Shown here piece after piece: positions 31,137-41,691 of a stretch of DNA of 64,000 bases (positions are counted from its first letter, which is position 1; the number at the start of each line of letters is the position of its first letter). Made by a program: the position numbers and the translations under genes. The stretch comes from a bacterium. GTDB taxonomy: Bacteria > SZUA-182 > DTGQ01 > JAFGSM01. The notes under the pieces were generated by a model. It was given only the letters and a program-made list of their open reading frames with translations, had not been told where the DNA came from and did no database searches. Location of the stretch: assembly GCA_049472315.1 (NCBI GenBank), contig JBLIRN010000010.1:15091-79090 (forward strand), written 5' to 3'.

Positions 31137-31864
31137 GCTTCGATACGCCAGTCTATAAGAGGATACTCCTCAAGCTCAGCGGAGAGGCACTGCAGGGAGA
31201 GCGGGGATACGGTATTGATTCGAAGACCGTTCTTTCCATTGCAGAAGAGATTACGGAAATAAGGGATCTCGGCGTTGAAATCGCCATAGTGATGGGCGGA
31301 GGAAATATATACCGTGGTTCCTCCGGGGAGATTTCCTGCGTGGAAAAGACCTCCGCCGATTATATGGGGATGCTCGCCACGGTGATAAACGGACTTGCCC
31401 TCCAGGGGGCGCTGGAAAAATTTGGTGCATTCACCCGGGTCTTGACCGCCATAGAAATGCCGAGGGTTGCAGAGCCATACATCCGTCGAAGGGCCATCCG
31501 CCATATGGAAAAGGGCAGAATCGTCATACTGGCGGGAGGAACCGGCAATCCCTATTTCACCACCGATACGGCTGCCTCCCTTCGGGCAATTGAAATCGCC
31601 GCCGAGGCCATATTGAAGGCAACCAAGGTGGACGGCATCTATTCGTCGGATCCCATGAAAGACAAGGATGCACAAAAGATTGAAGAACTTACCTACATGG
31701 AGGTCATACGAAGACGTCTCCAGGTTATGGATAATACCGCTATAACCCTGTGCATGGAGAATATGATCCCGATCGTTGTCTTTAATTTCATGAAAAAGGG
31801 AAACCTGAAAAGGATCATATATGGAGAACCAATAGGATCATACATAAAGGGTGAGGAATCATGA
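31133..31864 (+). CDS. pyrH: UMP kinase
   Basis: [38 protein letters not shown]. Confidence 0.97.
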   Translation: MSFDTPVYKRILLKLSGEALQGERGYGIDSKTVLSIAEEITEIRDLGVEIAIVMGGGNIYRGSSGEISCVEKTSADYMGMLATVINGLALQGALEKFGAFTRVLTAIEMPRVAEPYIRRRAIRHMEKGRIVILAGGTGNPYFTTDTAASLRAIEIAAEAILKATKVDGIYSSDPMKDKDAQKIEELTYMEVIRRRLQVMDNTAITLCMENMIPIVVFNFMKKGNLKRIIYGEPIGSYIKGEES

Positions 31865-32418
31865 CAAAGGAACTTCATAAAGAGACCAGAAATAAGATGG
31901 ATCTGGCAATTGATGCCCTCAAGCACGAATTCGGTTCATTACGGACGGGACGCGCCTCCGCTTCCCTCCTGGATGGTATCAAGGTCGAGTATTACAACTC
32001 TCTGACCCCCCTCAACCAGTTGGCCACCATTTCGGTTCCGGAATCAAGACTCCTTGTTATTCAACCCTGGGATCCTTCATCCCTTGCGAATATTGAAAAG
32101 GCGATCCTGAAATCCGACCTCGGGCTCAATCCTTCGAATGACGGCAAGGTCATACGGTTGTCCATACCGATGCTCACCGAGGAGCGCAGAAAGCAACTGG
32201 TCAAGGTGGTGAAGAATGCCGCTGAAGAGTGTCGGATCTCCATCAGGAATTCCCGCAGGGACAGCAATGAGAAGCTGAAGAAGATGGAAAAGGACAAGCA
32301 GATCACCGAAGACGAATATCACAATGGTCTTAAGGAGATACAAAGCCTTACCGACGAATACATCGGCAAGGTTGACGAGCTTTTGGATAATAAGGAAAAA
32401 GAGATTCTGGAGGTATGA
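31861..32418 (+). CDS. frr: Ribosome recycling factor
   Basis: [31 protein letters not shown]. Confidence 0.97.
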   Translation: MTKELHKETRNKMDLAIDALKHEFGSLRTGRASASLLDGIKVEYYNSLTPLNQLATISVPESRLLVIQPWDPSSLANIEKAILKSDLGLNPSNDGKVIRLSIPMLTEERRKQLVKVVKNAAEECRISIRNSRRDSNEKLKKMEKDKQITEDEYHNGLKEIQSLTDEYIGKVDELLDNKEKEILEV

Positions 32419-32496
32419 AAATCCGGCATGTGGCCATCGATCCGCGCACAAGGGATGGTGTGTTTTCGGTTGTGACATGTTCGCCGGAGCGTATAA

Positions 32497-33753
<1,257 letters not shown>

Positions 33754-33968
33754 TGCGTTGGCCATAGCCCGGGTACATCGTCATTATGGATGCCCTCGAT
33801 TTACAGGACATGACGCTGGTATAATGTGATGAAAAAAATCGGTATACATATGATGAGAAAAATCGAATACCTTATGCATGATGCGCAGCCTTACACGGGG
33901 TTTCATAACGGACCCCCAGGTCAGGTCCATACGTTTCTATTATCTTTTTATAATAGGGGGAATACGGA

Positions 33969-34316
33969 ATGATTTTGCTCAACGTTGCCTATGCCATGTC
34001 TTCGGGTGGTGGTCAGACCGGACAGTCCGGAGGAGGTGGAATGGTGGGGGGGCTGGTTACACTCGGCCTCATCTTTTTGGTGTTTTATTTTCTCCTGATC
34101 AGACCCCAGCAAAAACAGCAGCAAAAACTCCAGGAAATGCGCAATACACTGCGCGCGGGAGAGAAGGTTATGACCACCGGGGGAATATTCGGAACCGTTG
34201 AATCGATATCATCCGATTCCGTTATGCTCAAGATAGCCGATAAGGTAAGAATCGAGGTCGCCAAAAATGCCATTGCCGGCATACGAGAGGGGACCAAAAA
34301 GGGTGGCAAAGAATAA
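33969..34316 (+). CDS. yajC: Preprotein translocase subunit YajC
   Basis: FYFLLIRPQQK, GEKVMTTGGIFG; precedes secD. Confidence 0.95.
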   Translation: MILLNVAYAMSSGGGQTGQSGGGGMVGGLVTLGLIFLVFYFLLIRPQQKQQQKLQEMRNTLRAGEKVMTTGGIFGTVESISSDSVMLKIADKVRIEVAKNAIAGIREGTKKGGKE

Positions 34317-34346
34317 AACGATGCATGTGAGAATAAGGGGGTCACA

Positions 34347-35936
34347 GTGAAAGATAACCTGAAATGGAAATTCTGGCTTATCGTCAGCATAAGCATTATC
34401 GCCTTTGTCTATATTCTGCCTTCGTTAACCAGTTCGCTTCCCTCATGGTGGAAAAAAAAGATCGATAAGGTGCACCTCGGTCTTGACCTTCAGGGCGGCA
34501 TGCACCTCGTACTCGGCGTAAAGGTGGAAAAGGCCATCGAGAGCTATCTGGAAAGAACCGCCAGTACCATCAAGGACGCCATGCGGGAGAAGGGGATCGT
34601 ATTCGACAGCATCGAGCGGGTCGATGGGAGAAAGATCGGCGTAAAGCTGGTGACCGAGGAATTCGTATCACCCATGGACACCATCATGGAGGATTATGTC
34701 AATTTCGAGGTGGCAAACCCCGTTGAGGGGGACAACACCCGCTTCCTTCTCACCCTGCGTCCCCAGGAGGCCGATCGTATCAAGGAGTCGGCCCTCAACC
34801 AGGCGGTGGAGACCATTCGAAACCGGATCGATCAGTTCGGGGTCAGTGAACCGACCATTCAGAAACAGGGCGAGGACCGGATTGTCGTGGAGCTTCCGGG
34901 GATAAAGGACACGAAACGGGCCATTTCCCTCATCGGGAAGACCGCTCAGCTTGAATTCAAGATTGTCGATGACGAGGCGAACCTCGATGAGGCCCTCAAG
35001 GGGAACATCCCCCCTGATGATGAAATCCTCCATGAGAGGACCGTGGACAGGGACACCGGAAGGCTGATCAAAAAGCCCTATCTGCTCAAAAAGAGGACCC
35101 TCATGACCGGGGACGTGCTGACCGATGCCGAGGTACGGATCGGCGGGGAATACGGGGAATCATACGTGGCCATCACGTTCGACAGCGGTGGGGCGAAGCT
35201 CTTTGAGCAAATTACCGCGGAGAACGTCGGACGCCGGCTTGCCATCATTCTTGACAAAAATGTGTACTCAGCCCCGGTTATACGCGAAAAAATCGGTGGA
35301 GGAAGGGCCCAGATCACCGGGAATTTCTCTACCGAAGAGGCCCATGACCTGGCCATAGTTTTGAGGGCCGGCGCCTTGCCCGCGCCGGTGGAAATCATGC
35401 ACCAGCAATCGGTCGGACCATCACTCGGCCATGATTCCATTCGGAAGGGGCTTATATCCCTGCTGATAGGCTTTGTGCTGGTGATCGGATTTATGGTGCT
35501 GTACTACAACCTCTCGGGCTTTGTGGCCGATCTTGCCCTTATCCTGAATATCGTCCTGATCATGGCGGTACTTTCCATGTTCAAGGCAACCTTGACCCTT
35601 CCTGGAATAGCGGGAATCGTTCTGACCATTGGTATGGCGGTCGATGCCAATGTCCTCATATTCGAACGGATACGGGAGGAGCTCCTCCTCGGTAAAACGG
35701 TGAGGGCCGCAGTGAGTGCGGGATATGCCAAGGCATTTATCACCATTTTGGATGCGAATGTTACGACCCTTATTGCCGCAGTGGTCCTCTTCCAATTCGG
35801 AACCGGGCCGGTAAAGGGGTTTGCTGTGACCCTCAGCATCGGTATTATTGCAAGCATGTTTACGGCAATATTCGTAACCAGGTTTGTGTTTGACTGGTTC
35901 ATGACCAGGGTGCGAATCCAAACCCTGAGCATCTAA
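34347..35936 (+). CDS. secD: Protein translocase subunit SecD
   Basis: LGLDLQGG, IRNRIDQFGVSEP, LRAGALPAP, GMAVDANVLIFERIREE. Confidence 0.97.
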   Translation: MKDNLKWKFWLIVSISIIAFVYILPSLTSSLPSWWKKKIDKVHLGLDLQGGMHLVLGVKVEKAIESYLERTASTIKDAMREKGIVFDSIERVDGRKIGVKLVTEEFVSPMDTIMEDYVNFEVANPVEGDNTRFLLTLRPQEADRIKESALNQAVETIRNRIDQFGVSEPTIQKQGEDRIVVELPGIKDTKRAISLIGKTAQLEFKIVDDEANLDEALKGNIPPDDEILHERTVDRDTGRLIKKPYLLKKRTLMTGDVLTDAEVRIGGEYGESYVAITFDSGGAKLFEQITAENVGRRLAIILDKNVYSAPVIREKIGGGRAQITGNFSTEEAHDLAIVLRAGALPAPVEIMHQQSVGPSLGHDSIRKGLISLLIGFVLVIGFMVLYYNLSGFVADLALILNIVLIMAVLSMFKATLTLPGIAGIVLTIGMAVDANVLIFERIREELLLGKTVRAAVSAGYAKAFITILDANVTTLIAAVVLFQFGTGPVKGFAVTLSIGIIASMFTAIFVTRFVFDWFMTRVRIQTLSI

Positions 35937-35960
35937 TACAGAATATACGAGGAGGCACGA

Positions 35961-37061
35961 ATGAGGTTCTTTAGAAACGACTTAAACATAGATTTCATGG
36001 GGGCCCGAAAATGGGCCATCCTTGGCTCGCTTCTCATTATCGGGGTGGGTATCGCCTCCCTCATCGTTAAAAACGGGCCTCGCTACGGTGTTGACTTCGC
36101 TGGTGGGACCTTGGTCCAGGTCAAATTCAACGTGCCGATGGAAATCGACACGCTGCGCAACACCTTAAAGGGCCTGGATATGGGGGAGATCCTGATTCAA
36201 CGCTATGGTGAGAAGGAGGAAAACGAGGTACTCCTGAGAATGTCCGCAACCACCTCATCATTGGAGGGGTTCGAAACGAGGATCGGAGATGCCCTCACTC
36301 AAACCATAGGAGCGGATGCCTTTGAGATACGAAGGGTGGAGATGGTGGGGCCCAAGGTGGGGAAGGACCTGCGCGAGAAGGGGATATGGGCGATCATCTT
36401 CGCCACCCTAGGGGTTTTGATCTATACGTGGTGGCGGTTTGAATTCGTATACGCCCTTGGCGCCATCATTGCCCTTATCCACGATGTTCTGGTGACCGTA
36501 GGCGCCTTCTCCCTGACCAACCGTGAATTCACCCTCCCGGTGATCGCCGCGCTTTTGACCATCATCGGTTATTCCCTGAACGATACCATCGTGGTCTTCG
36601 ACCGGGTGAGGGACAATCTCAAGTTGATGAGAAACCGTTCCCTCAAGGATATTCTCAATACGAGCATCAATCAGACGCTGGGAAGGACCGTGCTCACCTC
36701 GTTGACCACCTTTTTTGTGGTATTCTGCCTGTATGTCCTGGGGGGAGAGGTCATCAACGACTTTGCCTTCGCCCTCATCATCGGCGTTATCGTGGGTACA
36801 TACTCGTCCGTGTACATTGCAAGCCCGGTTGCCCTCTTTTTCCACAATCTTGCCCCCTCCGCGAAGGGCGCAGGCGGTGCAAGGGCAAAGAGGGAGATGG
36901 GGCCGGGCATGCCCGCAAGCAGTATCGGCCCTGTCAACAAAGGCGGCGTAAGCAGGATGATGGAGCAGCAGAAACAGATTCAAGCGGCTGCCTCGTCGGA
37001 ATCAAAGAAGAAGGGATCCAAGGGCTCTTCAAAAAGGCGCAAGAAGAATCGACGCGGCTGA
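35961..37061 (+). CDS. secF: Protein translocase subunit SecF (with basic C-terminal tail)
   Basis: GVDFAGG, VGPKVG, HDV, GYSLNDTIVVFDRVR, GTYSS. Confidence 0.96.
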   Translation: MRFFRNDLNIDFMGARKWAILGSLLIIGVGIASLIVKNGPRYGVDFAGGTLVQVKFNVPMEIDTLRNTLKGLDMGEILIQRYGEKEENEVLLRMSATTSSLEGFETRIGDALTQTIGADAFEIRRVEMVGPKVGKDLREKGIWAIIFATLGVLIYTWWRFEFVYALGAIIALIHDVLVTVGAFSLTNREFTLPVIAALLTIIGYSLNDTIVVFDRVRDNLKLMRNRSLKDILNTSINQTLGRTVLTSLTTFFVVFCLYVLGGEVINDFAFALIIGVIVGTYSSVYIASPVALFFHNLAPSAKGAGGARAKREMGPGMPASSIGPVNKGGVSRMMEQQKQIQAAASSESKKKGSKGSSKRRKKNRRG

Positions 37062-37132
37062 TCCTGATCAAAATCCCGCTTCAATGGGAATGACCAGGCG
37101 GCATAGTGCGTTTATACACGAGTTTTGAAACG

Positions 37133-37176
37133 AACAGGCCATGTAACCCTTCCAGAGAAGGAACACATGGCCTGTT
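37133..37176. terminator. Hairpin between the convergent secF and paralog 2 genes
   Basis: AACAGGCCATGT...ACATGGCCTGTT, a 12-bp inverted repeat with an inner CCTT/AAGG pairing. Confidence 0.5.
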
Positions 37177-37250
37177 TATTGTAAGCCGTATAATCCAATT
37201 CACCACGGAGCACACAGGGCAATTCGTTGTGCTGCTCCGGGATTTCTATC

Positions 37251-39116
37251 CTAAAAGGTCCACCAGGGCTCTACGTCGAGCAGGAAATTCATGACCGCAT
37301 ACCCCCCTCTGATATCGTAGGCGATGATCTCAACAAGATATCTTCCCGGCCAGGGGGTGGTCAGGGTGTAGACCGCCCCGCTCACGTACCTGCCCTTCAT
37401 ATCCTCGTCCACGGTCTTGCCGATTTCGCTTTCAGGCGTAATACCGAATCCCGGTTTCATTTCCGTTACACTGCCGATATTACATGAATAGTAGATGACA
37501 TCACCGTCGGGGTCGAAGAATTCAACGGGTATAAGGAATGTCCTTCCGGCCTTGGCAATCTGCGGGCTGTCGATGTCTTCGCAGAGTATTGGGGGATGAT
37601 TCAACCAGGTCCCGTAATTTACCACCACCAGGGTAAAGTCGGTCACCGCCGACAGCCCCCGCGCATCGGTGGCAATAACCTGAATCCGGTGAATCCCTTC
37701 GAACTGGGGACTGAATTTGATTTGAGGCACACAGGGCAACGGGATGATGGCTTCCTGCCAGGGGCCGTACTGGTAACTGGGGACGCCGTTTATCAGGGCG
37801 GAGTAGGTGATGTTTCCCGGTTCCTCGACCGTACCGGGGATATCTTCTTCATCCTTATCGTAGCAGGCAAATTGTTTGACAAAATAGCCGTCGTTGCTCC
37901 CCAGGATATAGACATCGTCCTCGATCTCCTCGAAGTAGGGCGGGTGGTTCTCCACCGGATAATTTACCACCGACAAGGGAAAGGTCTCGATGTCCGAGAG
38001 TCCTCCCTCGTCCACCACCCGGATGGTCACTATGAGATCCTCGAAATGCTGGGGCACGAACTGCATCATAACCTTGTCCTTGGCGCATGCAGAATCGTTA
38101 TTCGCACACAGGATATAGGAGCCGGAATTATTCGGGTCCTCCTTGACCCGGTGGATCAAATCGGTGGTCTGAATGCCCTTGGAGCCGTATCCCCCTATGG
38201 TTGCAAGGAACTCTAGCCTTGACTCGTCTGAGGCACCGGTGAGCTCGACATCGGAGGCGGTGATGAGGGTGCTGAACGGCACGAAGAGCTGGGCATACTG
38301 CGGCCCGATCCGCTGCAGCTTGGGAGGATGGTTGATGATATCCCCCAATTTGTCGTGGAAGGCGATATTATCGACCATCAGTTGATACCCCTTCAGCATG
38401 ATGGAGAGTATCCGGGATTCACCGGGGCCAAAAATGGACTTGCCGAATCCGTCCCTGTCGGGGTCGTCCATTTCATACCCCAATGCCAGTGCCACGTCCT
38501 GGTCCAGGTCTCGAAGCACCAGATGCCATGTCCCATCCTGGTACTGTCTGCCCAGTTCGTACACAAACCCGGGGGGATCCATCCTTCCGGTAAAGATGTC
38601 CCCAGGTCTTCCCTCGTAAGGTATAGGCCCCGATTCACGCTGGCCTACCGGCCTATAGATGAGATTGACCTGTTCGCCCTTGCGCGAGACAAGGAATATC
38701 TGTACCTCCCACTGATCGAACCACTCTATGCCGAACCACATGCGAATGTTGAATGAGATGATATTCTTGTCGTTGATGGGGTCGCCATCGGGGTAGGTGA
38801 CGGACTCATTCCATGCATAAAAGGGATAGAATTGATTCAGGTGGGACATCATGCATTCATAGAGAAGGACCCTGCTCTGCAATCCCGGGTCGATAACCGT
38901 CGTTATACGACCGAATCCGGTGTAGGGACACCATCCGTAGACCGGGTAGGGGGGGCAGGAGCTCTTCCATCCATAGAAACTCGGTGCATTCCAGTACTCA
39001 AAATCCTGCCACACGAAGGTATCGGCCCGTGCGCCGGGTCCGGTCAGCAGAAGGTGGAAGCATGCGGCCATCATGCATACGACGACTACAAGTACGAATC
39101 CCCTCTTTTTCACCAT
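37251..39116 (-). CDS. Secreted protein of unknown family, paralog 2 (Cys form; C-terminal EPWWTF)
   Basis: Signal ending ARA-DTFVWQDFEYW; three NHPP repeats; collinear with 5783-7672. Confidence 0.8.
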   Translation of the reverse strand: MVKKRGFVLVVVVCMMAACFHLLLTGPGARADTFVWQDFEYWNAPSFYGWKSSCPPYPVYGWCPYTGFGRITTVIDPGLQSRVLLYECMMSHLNQFYPFYAWNESVTYPDGDPINDKNIISFNIRMWFGIEWFDQWEVQIFLVSRKGEQVNLIYRPVGQRESGPIPYEGRPGDIFTGRMDPPGFVYELGRQYQDGTWHLVLRDLDQDVALALGYEMDDPDRDGFGKSIFGPGESRILSIMLKGYQLMVDNIAFHDKLGDIINHPPKLQRIGPQYAQLFVPFSTLITASDVELTGASDESRLEFLATIGGYGSKGIQTTDLIHRVKEDPNNSGSYILCANNDSACAKDKVMMQFVPQHFEDLIVTIRVVDEGGLSDIETFPLSVVNYPVENHPPYFEEIEDDVYILGSNDGYFVKQFACYDKDEEDIPGTVEEPGNITYSALINGVPSYQYGPWQEAIIPLPCVPQIKFSPQFEGIHRIQVIATDARGLSAVTDFTLVVVNYGTWLNHPPILCEDIDSPQIAKAGRTFLIPVEFFDPDGDVIYYSCNIGSVTEMKPGFGITPESEIGKTVDEDMKGRYVSGAVYTLTTPWPGRYLVEIIAYDIRGGYAVMNFLLDVEPWWTF

Positions 39117-39448
39117 TGATTCACCCCTTCCTTAAGCCCCCCGAAAACGTGCACCCATGCTCGCTCAAACCTCAACGATGAAACACAATCGAATTAATGC
39201 ACCTGCCATTCTTTAACTATATCCCAAAAAAAGCCATGTAATGGCGGTTTAGTTTAATATTCTATAAAAGATGCTATATATATTCAATTTAAATTATATC
39301 AATAATCCTAAAATGTGTCAAAAGTTTTCTCGCTATAGTGAACTAATAGAGTGTGGCTATGAGGGGGAAAAATTGTGGAAAAACACTATACATCTATTGA
39401 CGTACCATCCGTTGAATTCTTACATGCGCGGAGAACCTCCTAACGAAA

Positions 39449-41347
39449 TCAGCCCCTTCCGGCGAGCCACCGCTGAAACATAAAGAGCGTCCACAGCTTC
39501 TTGCGGTTGTCGATCCTTCCCGCACAGTGGTCCTGAAGCAATCCATTCACCACATCCGGATCAAAGATGCCCTGCCTCCGTATCAGATCCGGATTCAGGG
39601 TATCCGCGAAGAGCTCCTTCAATTCGCCCTTGATCCAACGGGCCACGGGGATGCCGAATCCCTTCTTTTTTCGATGAATGATCGAGCGGGGCAGGAGCGG
39701 GGCAACGCCCTTCTTTAACAGGTACTTGGTCCTGAGGTGCTTCAATTTGAATGCAGGGGGAAGACGGGTGACAAAATCCACGCAGGTGTGGTCCAGAAAA
39801 GGCACCCGAACCTCCAGGGAATGCGCCATACTCGCCCTGTCCACCTTGACCAGGAGATCATCCTGAAGATAGAGCTTGGCATCCAGGTAGAGGATCGCAT
39901 GGAGGGGATGATTGGCCTTGGCCCTGGCGAGATAATCCCTCACAATGGAGAAGGTGTCGTGCAGGGCCAGGGATTCCTTGATCTCGGGACGAAAGAGCGA
40001 CGCCTTTTCCTGCGGGCTGAAGGAGCCCATCCAGAGGGTATGACGAATGCCGGGGGGGAGGGATATGCCGTCGATGAACCGCTTTGCACAAAAATCCAGG
40101 CTGAAATTCTTGTCCGAGACCGGAAGACTGCGGATGAGGGGCTCGATCAGACCTAGCCTCAGCATTCCGGGAAGCTTGAGGTAGAGTCCTGCCATGGCGT
40201 GTGCCTGGTAGGTGTAGTACCCGGCGAACAGCTCATCCCCACCGTCACCGCTAAGGGCAACGGTTACCTGTTCCCGGCAGAATTTGCACAGGAGATAGGT
40301 GGGCAGCAGGGAGGCATCAGCGAACGGCTCATCCATGATGTCACATACCCTTGGAAGGGCATCCAGCATCTGGGCAGTGTCGAACATCTTTTGATGGTGG
40401 TTGATACCGATATGACGGGATGCCTGGAGTGCATAATCGGATTCATCAAAGGAAGGCTCGTAAAACCCGATCTGAAAGCTATCGATCGACTCGTTTGCCT
40501 GACGATGGGCAAGGGCGGTGACCGTACTGGAATCGATCCCACCGCTCAGGAATGTCCCCAGGGGGACATCGCTGATGAGCCTTCTTTTCACCGAGGCGCC
40601 AAGCAGGTCCAAATACTGTTCTTCGCATTCCCTTTCATCGAGCCCCTGTGCGGAGGTTCTTCCTGTCCGATAGTCCAAGTCCCAATATTCCTTGAGCCGG
40701 ATGGCTCCCTTTTCGAAAATGAGCATGTGGCCGGGGGGAAGCTTTGATACCCCCTGATAGATGGTCTTGGGTGTGGGAACATATTCAAAGGTCAGATACA
40801 GATCGAGGGCCTCGAGATCCAGCTGCGGCTCCCATCCGGGATGCTTGAGCAGGGCCTTGATTTCGGAGGCAAAGACAATGTCCCCTTGTGTGGTGAGCAT
40901 ATAGTGGAGGGGCTTTATGCCCATTCGGTCCCTGACGAGGATGAGTCTCCTGCGCTGTGAATCCCACAGGGCGATGCCGAACATGCCGTTTAGGTCTTCG
41001 ACAAAGGCATCCCCCTTCTCCTCGTACAGGTGCAGGACGACCTCCCCGTCCGATCCGGACGTGAAATGGTGTCCCCGTTTGATCAGATCATCCCTCAGGT
41101 CGGGGAAATTGTAGATCTCTCCGTTGTGGAGCAGCCAGAGGGTGCGGTCCTCGTTGGTCATGGGCTGATGCCCGGTGGAGAGGTCTATAATGGAAAGACG
41201 GCGCATACCCAGGGCCATGTATCCGTCAAAGTGGGTTCCCCACTCATCAGGCCCCCGATGGACCATCGTGTCACACATGGCCTTGAGAATGGCATCAGCC
41301 GGTTCCGGCCTGGGGTCTTCCGAAGAGAAGCCGCAAATACCGCACAT
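39449..41347 (-). CDS. asnB: Asparagine synthase (glutamine-hydrolysing) family amidotransferase
   Basis: MCGICG, HRGPD, RRLSIID, NGEIYN, LSGGIDS, SGDGGDELFAGY, RKKKGF. Confidence 0.92.
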   Translation of the reverse strand: MCGICGFSSEDPRPEPADAILKAMCDTMVHRGPDEWGTHFDGYMALGMRRLSIIDLSTGHQPMTNEDRTLWLLHNGEIYNFPDLRDDLIKRGHHFTSGSDGEVVLHLYEEKGDAFVEDLNGMFGIALWDSQRRRLILVRDRMGIKPLHYMLTTQGDIVFASEIKALLKHPGWEPQLDLEALDLYLTFEYVPTPKTIYQGVSKLPPGHMLIFEKGAIRLKEYWDLDYRTGRTSAQGLDERECEEQYLDLLGASVKRRLISDVPLGTFLSGGIDSSTVTALAHRQANESIDSFQIGFYEPSFDESDYALQASRHIGINHHQKMFDTAQMLDALPRVCDIMDEPFADASLLPTYLLCKFCREQVTVALSGDGGDELFAGYYTYQAHAMAGLYLKLPGMLRLGLIEPLIRSLPVSDKNFSLDFCAKRFIDGISLPPGIRHTLWMGSFSPQEKASLFRPEIKESLALHDTFSIVRDYLARAKANHPLHAILYLDAKLYLQDDLLVKVDRASMAHSLEVRVPFLDHTCVDFVTRLPPAFKLKHLRTKYLLKKGVAPLLPRSIIHRKKKGFGIPVARWIKGELKELFADTLNPDLIRRQGIFDPDVVNGLLQDHCAGRIDNRKKLWTLFMFQRWLAGRG

Positions 41348-41447
41348 GGAGCTGTTCAGTCCTTATAAGGATTAAGAAAAAAAGGGATCATGGCCGTAAA
41401 TAATTAACGCATTATAAACAATATCCTTGGCTGCGGCAACCGCGTCT

Positions 41448-41571
41448 TGGGGTCAGGTCTTGAATTGACAGTTTTCGTTCCGAAAATAGAATCATATTTT
41501 CATGCTTCGTGGCGCCACAAAGTGGCATGAGCGTTTGCTGCAAAAAACTGTCATTTCAAGACCTGACCCCA
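41448..41571. repeat. 124-bp REPIN/MITE-like element, copy 2
   Basis: 28-bp terminal inverted repeat with 1 mismatch (TGGGGTCAGGTCTTGAATTGACAGTTTT / AAAACTGTCATTTCAAGACCTGACCCCA); matches 23426-23550. Confidence 0.85.
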
Positions 41572-41593
41572 TTGAACCTGCGCCGGGAGAAAT

Positions 41594-41629
41594 AAAAAGG
41601 GCCCCTGGAGATACCAGGGGCCCTTTTTT
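41594..41629. terminator. Intrinsic (bidirectional-type) terminator downstream of paralog 3
   Basis: AAAAAGGGCCCCTGG-AGATA-CCAGGGGCCCTTTTT. Confidence 0.85.
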
Positions 41630-41691
41630 CGTCATATGCGGGCCATTGTTACATGAGTCTTCAACCCGGCGTTAACCGATACGACAATTCA

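Noticed and set aside
39449..41347. Lasso peptide cyclase
   Set aside because: It has an intact N-terminal MCGI glutaminase domain, and no precursor, B1 or B2 genes are nearby.
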